Assembly (NCBI GenBank): GCA_040954595.2
Contig: CM082582.2
Coordinates: 8,266,425 to 8,330,424, forward strand
DNA from: Balanoglossus misakiensis
Taxonomy: Eukaryota > Animalia > Hemichordata
Direction of reading: 5' to 3'
DNA length: 64,000 bases
Shown piece by piece: positions 12,751 through 27,700 of the stretch (position 1 is the stretch's first letter; every line of letters starts with the position of its first letter). The notes beneath the pieces are model-generated. The model saw only the letters and a program-made list of their open reading frames with translations. It did no database searches and was not told the DNA's origin. The position numbers and the translations under genes were made by a program.

Positions 12751-15700
12751 GTCAGTCAGTCAGTCAGTCATCCAGCCAAACAACCAATCAACAGGTCAAT
12801 CGCAGAAATTCAACAATAATTGACATGACTGTTTTGGGGTGTGAAATATTATGTAGAATTTTTGATTCCCTGCTTTTCCTCTGTAAGATGTTGATGAGAT
12901 TTATGAAGGGAGGAATAGAATTGGGCAGAACACCACACCAATAGTGCAAAAAGCATCTAAGACAAACATTTACCTGGGCCAAAATAAATAAATCCACTTA
13001 CAAGACGTTTAACCACATTAAGTTCTAGGTGTCTAATATCATACAGTTACGTGTTTATACACCAGGCTGGGATGCATATGAGCTGATAGGACAGGGAAAA
13101 AGGAGGGTGTAAAGGGAGGGGAGGGGGGGACAAAAATAAAATAAAATAATGCATGTTCACGATAAAAGCCAATGATGGATGATATGAATGACTATGATGT
13201 GACTCAGAAGCAGAGAGAAAGCGAGAATATCACAAAACACACTTTAAGGAAAAAAATAAACCACAGAGAAATCAACCTTTCCACCCCCACAGCCCTTGAA
13301 TGATGGAACATCCCCACTGCATAAAACGCCAGGCGGGTCGCGCCATCACGCAGGGAGAGGGAGGTCAAAGGGTTGAGGTGAAACCGTTTTCTTTTCTAAG
13401 GAGAGAATTTATCCCCGTTTCCATGACAACTTTTAAATAAAATCTAGTAACACATTCTGATAACGGTTTGATCGGACTGAGTGAGCTCAGCGTGACGTTC
13501 TTTTCATACCTTCTCTGCTTCTGAATCACTGGCTTAGCTTGTTTTCAGTAGTAGAAATACTGCAAAAGTAAAAATGGTAGCAAAGAATATATAGAAGATG
13601 ATATGAGAGTGTGCACAAACACGTCCACCACACACGCACACACACACAGAAGCGCACACATCAAATGCTTTCCGATCACATTACCCTGCTAATGGAATAG
13701 CCCTGGCCCCTGAGCATGGCGTGCCAATTGGGCTATTCCATTCCCAGGCAAAAATGGGAAAGAAAGGTGCGACACGACGGAAAAAGTTAAAGCCGTGAAA
13801 GAATTTTTCCACCAGAAAAACAAAGTCTGCCGACATATTAGTACCAACGCAACGACTAAGCCAGCATGGGAAAATGTCACACACGGTGTTATTTGAACAA
13901 AGACGAAACGAGACATCTGCTGTCACATCTGTTGTGTTTTGACTGGGGTATAAATAATGGCTGCATATCACCGAGAATCAAATGATTAGAAGGAGAGTTA
14001 ACTACACTGCACTAGGGAACAAGTTTGAGAGGTGGCACCAATACACATAACCTGTGAAACCTGCCCCACAATACACTCACGTAAAATTGCTAGAACAATC
14101 TGAATGGCCCAATTGAAATTAATTTTTATCAAATAACGAAGTCAGAAACATGCCACAATAACAATGGGGAGAACAAAGTGATCCCAGAGACACACAACCA
14201 CAGTCTTAATTTTTAATTAGTCGTATTCCGCCCATGGGTGGAATATATCACCCATTTGTGGAGACTCGGGGCACCCGTGTGACCAACCCCCTCGGGAGCG
14301 CGCCCAATGATTTTTTTTTCGCCACTTCATTGTCTGAGAGCAGCGATGTGACACTGCACATAGAGTTATCTGCTCCTTCTTACATGGCTACATTATACAT
14401 GATTGAAAACATTAATAATTCATCGGTTTGTAAGCTGTTTGGAAATCCTCATTACTGCTCTGCTACGATCAATCAATACAAAAAGCTGACACACTGCATC
14501 AATGTGCCCGACAGGGGAATTGTAGTTTTCTATTTTATATTACATTAAATAAATTGGTTTGTTCACCGGGCAGAGGCACTGTATCATCTTTTATAACCCC
14601 CGCTGTGACTCCTCAATTTTCCACCGAAGCTAAATTAAAAATTCACGGCGAAATAGCCTATAAAAAAACACTGAACAGGTTGCTGAAATACCGGATAGAC
14701 TGATCAGTTGGCATGGTGCTTTCTTACATCTGTCCTGGGGACGATTCGAGTCAATCAATTTGATCTGATCAAGCACCAGCTGATTTCTTGTCGGTCAGAT
14801 TGCAATTTTTCTTTTGCAAAAACAGATAGATTGGGGGGAAAATCCTTCGGAAAACCCTGTCTTTTTTTCGAATAATGATTCAACGCTGACGCCAGCTGCC
14901 TAGATAAATTTTCTTATCTGCTTCCATCATGGTAGATTAGTGGTGAAAGGGCCCAGGAGGATGGTCAATTAATTTGCTTGGGTCTCTGAATATCAATAAA
15001 AAAGAACATGCACCTACCACTAAGAAGAGAGAGGGGGGACCCAGATACACCATATGGTGCCACCAACAGATATATTTATAACAGCACATAAAAACAAACA
15101 CCCCAAAAAACGAACACAAAGATGAAAATATTTCAAATCAAGATGTGCATATTCCAAGGAAATAGCACAATAACTGATCGTCGAAAGCTTTGAGATTATT
15201 TCTGTCAGAATTAGAGAGAATTTCGCAAATTTTGAAGCCTAGGTTTTTTGCAGGTAGTGCAGACAAAGAGAGATATACAGTCAACCGTTTTATGGCTCGC
15301 CTGTCACATCTGATTAATGGAAGGACGCTCTTCCGAAAGATGGGAGGGAAGACACGTCACAAATTGTCATCTTTGATAAATTGAAATTCTGGAAACACTC
15401 AAGGGACCCAGGCATGTGGTTTTGTGTCAGTGTTAAAATGCTATAAAAAGGTCACAAGAGCACAAAGGTTTGACTTGACAACAGAATTGATATGCATTAT
15501 ATAAATACAGTATAGCTTTGACCAGCTGACGGAAATTGGACTAAAATTTTGGAATATTAAGGCGTATCTTTTATTCATTTTAATCTGTTCATCTGTTTTC
15601 AAAACTACTGAGTAGTGTTAAACTTAAAGACTATTAGTGTTTACTATTGGTTTTCAGGTTTCGTGTTGAAATTCACCCCCCCCCCCCAAAAAAAAAAAAA

Positions 15701-18700
15701 AAAAGTGGAAAGCATTTTAACAGCACTAACACTACAGGGTATGATGCGCGAAATAATGATCTCAAAATAGTCGAAGTCTGGAAAGGACAATATGTTGACT
15801 ATTTCTGGCGGTGCCATCGAGCGAGGGAGTGGGTGAAAACGAGACCACAGGCCAACACTGAAAATAGCCTGCCTGGTTGTTTTGTGTGGTAGGCCTGTTG
15901 CCCATCACGGTTGAACACAAAGATGGAGGAGGGTCGGTATTAATTTAAGCAGGTACTTACAGCCATTCGCATTCGGAGGTGTTCAGCCACACGGTTCAAG
16001 TCTTGGTTCTGTGAACGAAACCTCATCATCTGGTCCCTTAAGATCTCCCTCTCCATGTTTTGCTCTGAAAAATTAAAAAAAAAAAAATATTTTTTTAAAA
16101 TAAGTTATTTTGAAAAATAATTACACAAAAAAATGAACAGATGTATAAATAGGGGTATGTCTGTGCGAGGAAACGAAACAGAAAACTATCCTACAAAAAA
16201 ACAGCAACACAAATCACATGACCTGGTCACATTTACGACAGGAAATCCCAATGTTATTGACTCTGTGCAACTAGCGTGATCACACATGATCAATTCATCA
16301 TCAATAATTAATTAGATTCTTTACATCCTCCAGACGAGCTTGATTTCTCAACAACCATAAAATCTAAACCAATCAACAAGGGCAGGTGGCAGACCCATTA
16401 AGAGTGGGGAGATAATTAGATCTTAGTTGACAGCAAAAGCTATTACATTAGCGCTCAATGACGAGAAATTTGATAGGAAATATTTGGCAGTGGGAATGGG
16501 GAGGGGGGGATCAGTACACTTAGTGTTTTTGTGCAGTTGAGAGAGGTTTGTGTACAGGATTGGAATATTACGAGTGTCTAATCTAATCTAGTCTACAAGG
16601 GCTCTCTTCAAAGCTGAAAAACACCTGTGTTATGAAGCATCAAAGTGCTGTTTGACTTTTTCTGTAGTAGTAGCAGTAACATAGTAATATCATAATGGCA
16701 TTTTGATGAAACTACCTGACACATGTCTTTGGTATGCTTCCATTAACACGTCCAATCCCGGCCATCTGTAGAGCTCCTGGTGGTTCTCCCGGACTGGCAT
16801 CAGGTGCGGGCCGGGGGCTCCGTCCCTCATGGCAAGGCTGTGGCTCTGTCGCAGGGCCAGGCCGTCCCTGGCCAATAGGCTGTCGCGCTCCAACTGCTGC
16901 AGTCTCTCCACGGAACTGGAATGCATCGTCGTCGATGATGACGAGGGGGCGGATGTGGCGGAGAAAGAGAACGAGGAGGAGGAGGAGGAGGAGGGAGTTG
17001 ATGCTGGCGTTGATGATGATGACATCTGAGGAGCTGGTGCTTGCAACATCCTGTGGCTTTTACTTCTCTTCTCTCTCGGCTTCTGATGTACATCATTTGG
17101 AATTGAATTATGTTCACCTGGAATTAAAAAAAGAAAACAAGATTATACTCAAATTGTGTCTAATGCTGCTGTTTCACCATGTGCACACAACTGTAGCAGT
17201 GTGTTTTCGTTACGGGAGGTATTGTAGTTACTACTTGGGTTTTTTTTCAGTCAGTTCATCTGTGCTGTGTTCATTTCTCTATGGCATATAAAATCAACTG
17301 CTTTGGGTAAAGGAATTATTCTTCCCCCACAAAGACTTTTCTAAAACACTGTGGGGGCTTGCAGAGAATGTTTCTGAATCTTGAACTCAAGCGAAGCCTT
17401 GACCTTAGCTGAAAACATCAGCCATCAGACACTGGAGAAAAACATCTCCTTCATAATAATGCTTTGTAAAAAAAATTTAATCAAAATAAGTGAGTGGGAG
17501 TTTCACCTACCTGCGGTATCGTTTGTCCTCAACTGTTGAGTTGACTGCAAGACCGACTCGTGGAATTCCTGAGCGAAAGTACTTGTGTTGAAGGGCGACT
17601 TCCTCTTGGAGTGTGCGGCCGTCGACGAGATGACCGACTCTCGATTAAACGTCCTCCTGTCCTGATCGTTTGATTTATCGCTGTGTTGTTGTTGTTGCTT
17701 GCTGCTGCTGCTGAGGTGCGGGTGTATGGCCTGTACGTCCGGCTGTGTGGCCGCCGCCCCGCTGTTCTGCGGGTGGTGTATGGTCGGTTGACTGGGGTGG
17801 TGGCCGTGTGTCGCTGGGTGCCTGACGTGGTGATGGTTGAGATGGTGGGGGTGGGGGTGAGGGTGGGGGTGGGGGTGGGGGCCGTGGTGGTTGGCAGCAT
17901 AGAACGGCCGGTCCTGGAAACCCTGCGGCATTTTCTCGTCTCTCGTCGGAGGCGGCACTTCGTACTTTTCGATTTCGTGTTGTTTGAGTTGTGCTTCACT
18001 CGGTGAAACTCCTGTAAACACAGAGGGGAAAATGTTACATAGATGTGCATACTGACAGGAATGTATGTATGTATATGCATACACTTTTGGGTAATATTCC
18101 TTTTCCTTAACATTTTGGGATTTCCTATACCATACATTTCATCATCTCTGAATGGAAACTGGATTAAGTACAGCAAGGGTGAGACTGAGCAAAGCAATTT
18201 AGGGTCTGCCAGATGCTGGACTAGTGACAAAAATGCTCATTGGCCCAGCCTAAGGTTTAACTAGTCTAGTCAGAGCAAAAAGGGCATACACGAGCTCACC
18301 ACATACATGTAGTAAGTTAGGTACAATTGAAAGGAATTTTCAATCTAACACCAACAGCAGCAGTGAAATGTCTGCCTACCTGTCTCTTCTTTGCCAGGGT
18401 TAGTTACTTTCAAACCCAATCTTCGGTTTCTATCAGCTTCTACCAAAATCCTTTGCCTTGATAACTCTGGAGGGGGAGAAAAGGAAAATATATTTGACTG
18501 TGTCAATTCGAAGTTAATGAATTGAATTAAAATGATTGTTAAAGTTCAGCATCATAGTGAAATACCATCAACCTTACATGTGATACTTGTCGACAGTAAT
18601 ATGGCATGATTGACTCGGGTGTGTCACATGACAGTCATGTGACCTTGCAGAGTACATAGTACGCCTTTCACTTGTTTTAGCGACAGCCTCATGGGAAAGC

Positions 18701-21700
18701 TGCTCGTACTGGTACATCCTGAACAACCATACATGAAAACAAATATACAGTTTTCCAGAAACCTAACCATGCAAGTTTTTTTCCGAAGCCTTACCTTTTC
18801 TTTTTGCCGGGCTTACTGCTTCGAGTTTGAAATTAGCCAGGAAATGTTTTTTCCTGTCGTAATTGGGCTGCCTTTCAAATTCTTCTGGAGGTATACTTGG
18901 TACTGAATCAAATAAACTCTTTGGTGAGGGTGTTTTTCTCTTTGGTGGCGGAGACAAACTGGGTTCCCGGAACAATTTCCTCTTCTTGTGTCTTCTCTTC
19001 CTTTCAAAATCTGCAATCAGAGAAAAAAAATACTCTAATATCTTCTGACAAATATTCCTAGATGCTAGCTCGGATTGAGATTTGCTGTTTCCATGAATAA
19101 GACTCTCTCCCAGATTAAACCAATCCATATGTGTAAGATGTTCTAGATCCTGCAGGACTAGACCTGATCTTAATCAAGAAAATCACTGGCTACAAAAGAC
19201 AAAATCAACAGTGTACATGTACATCTACAAAGCAGATAGTAATTCTGTTTCTGTGATATCAACTTGATATCAACTTGGTACTCAATCTCTTTTAGTTTGA
19301 CTGTATCTGTGAAGCCATCCTCTGATTTGAAACATGATTTCTACATTAAATCACCATGAAAAACAACAGATCTACAATCTACATGGAATATTCAGGTAGA
19401 AAACATCCCTTTCATGTGGGTACATAGATCTACTTTTTCCACTGAAAATTATGGGGTCAAACAAAATGGTTCAGATGAAAGGTGCAGTACATCTTAAACA
19501 CAGTTGACATGTCAGTCAGTATACATGCATGTAACTATTGTCTACCAGTATGCTCTGAAATTTCATGAACGCTTCATTTGACGCCGTTCATTTTTCATCC
19601 TTGGAAAAAGTTCAAAGTGCACCACTATTTTTCACAGATTGTGGCTACCCTTTGTCTGTGAACGTGTCCGTTCATCCTGAAAATAGCACCATCAGGATCG
19701 GTGTCCATCAACCAAGGGTTCAATACAATCACTTGAAACTAAACCATAACTCACATATTTCCTCACATTCTATGCCAATACACAAACGTATGGGCCTGCA
19801 ATATGGCCTGACAATATCTACATTTAACTTGTTTAATTTAACGGCTACGGTGCAGCTTGCGACAATTTATGCAAATTGGTGCCCTTCTGTCAATGCCGTC
19901 TGTCACCCTTTATGAGCCAATCACAATAACCAGGACTAAAATGTCACCAATGTGTAGTTGCTGTTGGCGTTAACTGCAACAAGTTGATCTCAACATTGCC
20001 TGAAGATTGATTTTTGGCTCTCTCTTGAAGCCATCATTTTTTTTTCAAATGCATGGTACAGAGAAAATAGCAGTATTAAATGCTTTAAAAACTACTTTAC
20101 TAGTAAATCCAAATGATCAACTATTAAATGCAATAATCATAGAACTAACCATCTTTCTTTTCTTGCGTCACTAATCCTAAACATCCAAACAGTCCCATCT
20201 TTTTCTGTGAGGTATCCAATGGCATAGCGGCTCTGGACGTAATATTCAACATCCGTCGTCGGTATCGTGCCCGCCTCGTCTCCTCGTCATCGTCACTGTC
20301 GCTCTCCTCACTGTCACTCGAGAAATAAGTTCCGTTCTCGCGCGCCTGCCGACGCTTCCTCTCCTCCAGGTCCAGCCTGCTGACAACGTTCTGGTCCTGC
20401 TCCCCTCTCCGAAGTAAATCATTGTGTAACTGGTAAAGCTCGCGAAACTGGTGCGACTTGTAGAACTCGTTGAGGTGGTAGTTGAACTCGGCGTGCGGGT
20501 GGTCGTAGTCGTACTGGTTCAACCGAACCTCCTTCTCCGGTCGCTCCACGTGATTGCCCAGGACGTTGTTCTCGGCGCCTTGGTGATTCCGCGCGTCGAA
20601 GTTATTCACGGGCGCCCGCTTGTCGCCGCCTCTCGACTGCTCCTTCTCCGCCAGCGCGCGCTCCTGCATCATTGTCTTTTCGTACTCGCGAGGGTGTCTC
20701 CGGTCGTACGTGTACTGGGTGTGGGCAGGGTGGTGATCGTAGTGGTTCACAAGTCTCTGTTCCCCGAATGGCAGTTTATGTTTCCAGGCTTCCTCGGCCG
20801 ACTTGGGGGGCACCAATGGGGGAGGCACCACCTGTCCGCCGTCCCGCTTCTCAAACTCCCTGGGCAGATCTCTCATGTTTCTGAAAATTCATTTTTTTTT
20901 TCAAACACACACACAAACTTATTAATAATACATCTTCAGAATGATACACAAGCTTCCTGACCAGTGAAACTCTATATCACATATTTGAATAAATGATGAA
21001 AAAAGAGGTAGTGGGGTAAAACTGATTTGCATTATTAAAATAATCAGCCATTCCTGTAAGAACGTATCTGGTGTCACCACTTCTAAGCAAATAACATAAT
21101 GATGTGGACCGATGTCTCATCTCGTTCTAGAAACAGGGTACTTGTTACATATATTTTGCAGAATTTTTGTCTAGGTTGGGCAGAATATTTCCAACTTGAA
21201 GACTATTTCTCAGATTGCCCCTGCATTTTAACTCAAGTGGTATCAACAACTGTGGTAAGATATTGACTGCTACCAGGAATTTAATCCATTGAATCAAGAA
21301 TAAAAAAGACAAGTGTCATAATATATATCCTACCTTTCCGCTAGACTTCTGTCCTGTTGAAGTAAAAGTTCTCGATCCCTCTGAATTGCTTCCCGCTCTC
21401 TCTGTAACTGTTCGCCGCTCTTCTTGGAGAGGTGGTGATGACGTAGCAAATTCTGTGGGGGAGGGGAGGAGAGGGGATTATAAACCTAGTATTGACAGAA
21501 AAATAATGTTCATTTTGTTTATTATATACCCTACATTTTTTGCTGTCAAACTGAGATGAAACATATTTATCATTTTCACACATTTTTTCATTTTTTGTCC
21601 TTTAGTTCTTGCTTAAATGGACCTATTTATTCATTGTCTGCAGGGCTTGATCAAAATTTAAGAGATAAAAACCATGGTAAACGTTACAGGGGTAATTTTA

Positions 21701-24700
21701 TCAAAAATGACGACAACTTGACTATGACGTCGGAAGGGTTGAAACTCCCATCTAACCTGCTGGTGTTGCTGCAGTAGCTGTTGCCTGTACTGGGAGATCT
21801 CGTGGTGGCGCTCTTCCTTGTGCAGCCGCTTGTGTCTCTGTTTCTGTTGCCATTTGCCCTCCTCCTCCAATTTCTTCAAATGCTGCCTATGGAACATGTG
21901 AGCTGCTGTGAGTGGGTCCTGAGTTGCTAGGCTAGACTGAGCTGCTATATGCTCACTGTAACTATTTCCTGGGGGGAAAAAAGAAAGAAGAAAAAAACGG
22001 GGAAAATTAATAAAACTTTGGTGACTACCAACAGATTTCATGTCGCAAGGAAACAGAGAAAACCTTGAAATGCATGCTTTCATAACTTCCAGACTGGAGG
22101 CCTTCATTTTATAAAGATTTGCGTCATACATTTTATCATGCTTCATTATTTGTAAAAATACTTCATCATCATATCCGGCCTCTGTGTGACTATTACCGGA
22201 TTTGTATTGTCGTAAACAAAATCCTGTGCAGTCTTCTCCCTTCCTTTTTCAATCCCAAATATCATGTCCTGATGAAAACTACACATTAACTGATGAAAAC
22301 TGTTATAAGTATCTCGAGCACGAAACAGAGATTATTGTTATGATGCTATGGCAGGCTGTATATTAAGGAAATCCGTCTAATTCCTATTAAAATTTCAAGC
22401 AAAAATTATTTTGCCCACAGTAGAAATGACACTTGGTTATACACTTGCATATCATCAACATCTGGCTAGCGTAATTTCATATTCATGGGGGCGGATATGG
22501 TGAAAATATAAAATGCTGAATTAATTAACGTACTGTACTTTTATTTACTACTTTACAATATATATCAAGGCCCATTGGCACTGCTAGCTAGAGTTTTGGC
22601 AAAAAGGGGATTAATTATTGCCATGTTGATGCAAGAACTAGATACGGTTCTGACACTGGGTGAACTAACAATCTTGTCTACTTCTAATACACTTAGACCT
22701 TATAACGTCATCTTAAAGTTTCATTAAACTGAAAATGGATCGATAATCCAGAGCAATATTTCATACACTGCCCCATCTCTTCAGAACCCAAGAGAATTTA
22801 TCATATTATCGGGGAAAAAACTCACCAAGATTACATCTATTTATCATTTCTCTCTCCTTTTGTTCAAGACTCCCTTTCGGTGAAAATCCACCTTTCGCTA
22901 ATCTCTCATCTAGAAGGACTTTTTCATAAAATCACATGAAGGTTTTAATTATTCATGGCCACGGCAAAGATTACTGAATTGAACGCCGCGAGCAAGATGT
23001 TTATTTCAAAAGGAAATCTACAACAATCAATTATTTGAGACGGGGTGAATTTCCCACTGCGACGTCTACGAGATGTCAAGAGGGGTCTCACCTCCACGGA
23101 ACCTCACACCCTCGCCCGAATTACACCAGATACATGTAGATGAGAAAAATCTACCAATCAGAAATCATAATACATGCAGTGTTGGCGTGTTGCTTCGCTA
23201 CTGATAAGGGTTATGGGGCATGAAATTTCATCATTTGATGATGTTGATACTTACTCTCTGGCGTATGGAGCTCCCTGTCTTCCCGTTTTATAAGTTGATC
23301 CGTGACTACAGCCACCTCTTGGTCTACTCCCCTGTCTTTTAAAGCCTGGTGCTGAGCTTCCTCCAGTTGCCGTTGCCTTTCCCGGTCGGCTCTCTCCCTC
23401 TCCCTTTCCCTCTCGCGTTCCCTCTCCCGTTCTCTTTCCCGCTCTTTCTCCTTTTCCCTCTCCCTCTCCTTTTCTCTCTCCCTCTCTTTTTCCCTTTCCC
23501 TCTCCCGCTCTCTCTCCCTCTCCCGCTCTCTTTCCCTCTCCCTCTCCTGTTCCCGCTCCCTGTGCTCCTGTTCCAGTCTTTGCCTGGAAACGTAAAAAAC
23601 ACGAATAAAGAAAATCAGGTTCATTTTTGTTTTTAATATTAATTTAAACACTCGGCTATTATAATACACTGGGCGAACATGATCCCTAATCGAGGTAATT
23701 GTATTTTCATTCCAAATCCACTGTAACAGAAATTAGATCAGAATCAGCCATGCGCGTTACATGCAGATCTTTTAAGAGGCACTGGCCGAACTCTCACACT
23801 CAGCAATCCATCATACACACTCCATAGCCACTCATACAGCAATGATATGCAGCTCGCTAATTAACCAGTGTCAATTGCCATTGACGCGGAATACAAAATA
23901 CCAGTGAAATACAGCTAAATGAATCAACACAGGGAAAAAAAATGGGAAATTGCATTTATCCTCCCGGGAGAGGCAAAGCCAGAGCTGGCGTACCACTTGT
24001 GGTTTCAAAATAATTATGATCGACCTTCAAAATGTGTTGTGATAAAGTCTTTTGAAAATAACACGGTGACACATCTGACCCTGGCAATCTGTTATTATAT
24101 TTTCGCATTAGAACAGCACAGACAATAAGAGTCATTTTCTTCGCTATCTGCATTTTCCGGCCTTTCAGATTTCCGTTGGAAATAAATTGTGGCACTCAAA
24201 GTGTCCCGAAATACGAGATCACTGTTTGATGCAGGAGATAGGAGGTGTAATCACCATGGAAATATTCTGACAATCAACGATCCGGATAGTTGCAACTGGG
24301 TTTCCCAAGCTTGTTAGCAGGGTTTCCTTTCATGTGGCAAATTACTCCTCATATTTTATGTAATTTGCGATAATTGAAATTAATTTTCGATTACTACTGC
24401 TCAAATTTCAAGAAGCTGGAATAGACAGAGGCAATTTCTGAGGGACTAAGCCCATACCAAAGATCTAAGCATGAAGTAAATAGGAATTGCTTTTATTTTA
24501 ATTTAGATTTGCATACATATGCCTTTTTGACCCGAATTTCTAAAATCTCAGAGACAAAATGTCTGTTAAAGACCCTTTTAAATACTATCTCAGTGTTAAT
24601 CTTCCACAAGCCTATGACTGGTACAGCCTGATAACGTCTGATTTATTAGCCTGTAAACGCAGGGAGTAAAATTGGAAAATGCTTTTTACCTGTCAATTGC

Positions 24701-27700
24701 GAGCAGCGGTGACGTAATGGGGGGCCTGGCGCCTGGCGACGTGTGAGCCAGGGGCACTCCCAGCTGATGCGAATAGCGGTCCCCTGGATAGGGGAAGGCC
24801 ATGGCTGGGGGGTGGGCCAGCATCGCCCCTGGGGGAGGGTGCGGCAGGTGCAGGAAGGGGGGTCGCAGTCCCGGCATGCTGTACCGATCGTAGTGCTCGT
24901 CCAACCTAAGGTGCGGAAGAAAAACGGAGGTGGGAAAGTTAGCAGTGAGCCACAAGGAGCCGAAAAGTCCTCATAATTGTCAGAGAAATTGCGACGTATT
25001 TGCCGCGCAAAACACAACGTTCCCAGAAGCTGCAACAGCTTGGAAACATTCGACCATATGCTGCACAGTTTATTGAAACAACCTAATCTAATCATTGATA
25101 TTATAATACGTGCGTGCTGTTTCTTATAGAATTTATTCCGAATTTGGAACCTGTAATTAAACCACTGAGTACTGCATTTCCAATTGGATCTCTTCCTAAA
25201 TACAGCTGACTGAACTGCTTGTCTGTTGATATTACATAAAACCATAGTAAAATTTAAATTTCCTGTATACACATATATACAGTCCCTAAAATTCTATTTT
25301 CAACAAATAAACTGGTGAAAAAATACAGCAGTGTTCAGTATCTTACGAGGGAAGCATATTCACTTAGCTATTAAATTTCAATACATGGGACATGATTGCT
25401 ATCTATATAATTACCCACAAATCTGCAGCCTACACCGGGAAAAATTTGAGACACCGCAATGACATTAACAAGTAAACAATTACACAGCACGAAAGATTGG
25501 AGGAAAATGAGAACATGATCATACACCGTACAAAGATGACCTCCCGAAACCTATTTTTCATCAATCTGTAGTCACTGACAAATGATAATGGCTTTACTAT
25601 TATCAAAGTATCAAATCAGCCGAGATATAGACAGAGCTGTGATAAATCACAGTGCGAAAAATCCATCAGATCTCTCCTGGCACAGATGACTGTATTGTAT
25701 CAAACACTGACACTGAATACAAATTTAGCGATGCTGGCTACACGGATAATATCTATTAATCACTCCGGGAATTCTCAGCAACAGCTCATCATCATGCATT
25801 ACGGGCAATTATTGCGCAAATTTTCACCTCGAAATTATGTCATTACTGGCGGCCTTTGCTCCCCATTTAGGCCACACAAACGCTGTCGCTACTTTTCCCC
25901 CTCGCACGAAATCGACACCACAATGACAATTCGACGCAAATGGTACATCACTGGGAGGTCAAAGGGCAACTGCAGACAATAACTCATTTCAATATGGCGG
26001 CAGACACTTTGTATTCACCAGGGTAATTTACTAAGTCAATGTGGAATACAGCAGTTGTCTTTTCTCTTTCTCTCTCCTCTCTCTGCATCATCACCAGGGT
26101 GTCAATTTCAAGCCTGACGTGTGTGGCTGATGGCGAGATAAGCGACAGTGACCCAAACCGGCAGCTGTATCTGTGCACGGGTGTGAATTTTCACCTCAAT
26201 GATGATTTATCGATGGCGCTTGCTATTTATATTTTTTACATTAAATGTAACATTCATATGTAAAACTGGTAATGCTCTCTTAAATCTTGATTCTCTTCTT
26301 TTTAAACAAGAATAATTTTTTTTTTTCATGTTGTTCAGAAATTAATGAAAATAGAAAAATTGACGTACCTGAAGGGCGGATAGTGGAATGGGGGTTGGTG
26401 TAGATATGTTGGGGGGTACGGGTAAGTGGGCGTCCCGGACATTTCAAACGGTAAATGTGGCGGCATGGCGGGGCGCACTTCGTCTCCCGGTCGGTACGGC
26501 TGGAAGCCGCGCGGCACCGTCGTCCCGATCTCCTCCTTCCGGCTGGGATGGTGCGGAATCGGCCTGGAAGAAGCGGAGAGCACAATGAATGATGATGACG
26601 ATGATGACATCATCGCGACGCGAAGAAGGGATGGCCGGCAAGCGGTGGCATATGGCTGACTGTCTCAGAAACTGTTTGGGAGGTGGGATATGTGTTTGTC
26701 ATGCATGGAAGACAACAGTTATGCCCCCAAGTACTCACTCACATCGAAATGAGGTCAACCAACCCTACCCCGAGCTCGTATCACTCAGCCGGGCCTTCCC
26801 CCAATGATCGCTCAGTAAGCCAAATGCTTAATCAGTATTCTCAATATCATAAGTCAATTACCCCGCTACATTTTTATTTCCCATTCCACTGCAGGGTGAG
26901 ACCTATACATCAAAGTACATCAAACACTGAGACACTAAACAGATCGGAGAATTTATCTGTGAGAGAAAAACAATATACCTGCACCACCCACTTTCAGAAT
27001 TCCGAACAAACCACCTCTGCACAGTTCAATTTATCATATCAAGCCTTAAATCATTCGCAAAAAATTAATCAACATTTACATTGCGTTTGATAAACATGTT
27101 TTTGCTTGAACACCGCAGCAGCACTTTAATTATGAGACTGTCACTAACGACTTCCCTTCAGGCGAGGGTTTTTTTTTGTCCAGGAGTGTCACAATGGAAA
27201 GATAAAAATCACATAAAAAATTGATGGCGACTTTTTTTTTGAAAGGGGGGTGGATGGGTGTGTGCGTTTGCGTGCACACAGTCTGTCGTCTTTGATGGCC
27301 GCCCGAATGATAACTCCTTGGGACTTCGAGCAATTACTTCCCCCGCTTCATCACCATACCTGTAGGGCACTCCTACGTGTGAAGATACACTATTGCTGGC
27401 TGACATTGACGAGGAGTGTGCAGAAGCCGCCTCTTGCTTAACATGCATGTCAGGAGACCGCCTTTCCCGGCGGTCGATGCCGGCTCTATCCGGATGATCC
27501 TCCTCCTGAGAATACAAGGAAAAGACGACAGTCAAGCGACCATCTTGTGCCGGGGTTTGGGTGATGATACGACGGAAAAAATGTCTTTAAGCGGAATATT
27601 TATGAGATAACAGATCCACCCTTGCTGCCCACACGCTTCTGTCACAATTGTTTAGAAATTCTGCAAATTTAAACTCCTGGAAGGCCGAGATTAAAAGCAA

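Noticed and set aside
19649-19676. 28-nt AG...GT micro-exon candidate
   Set aside because: The donor (gg|gtagcc) is weak, there is an immediate stop in the incoming phase, and nothing else supports it.
16734-20960. Plus-strand ORFs overlapping GSE1 exons (e.g. 16734..17291, 17683..18006, 20451..20960)
   Set aside because: They are antisense shadows of GC-rich exons and end where the exons end.
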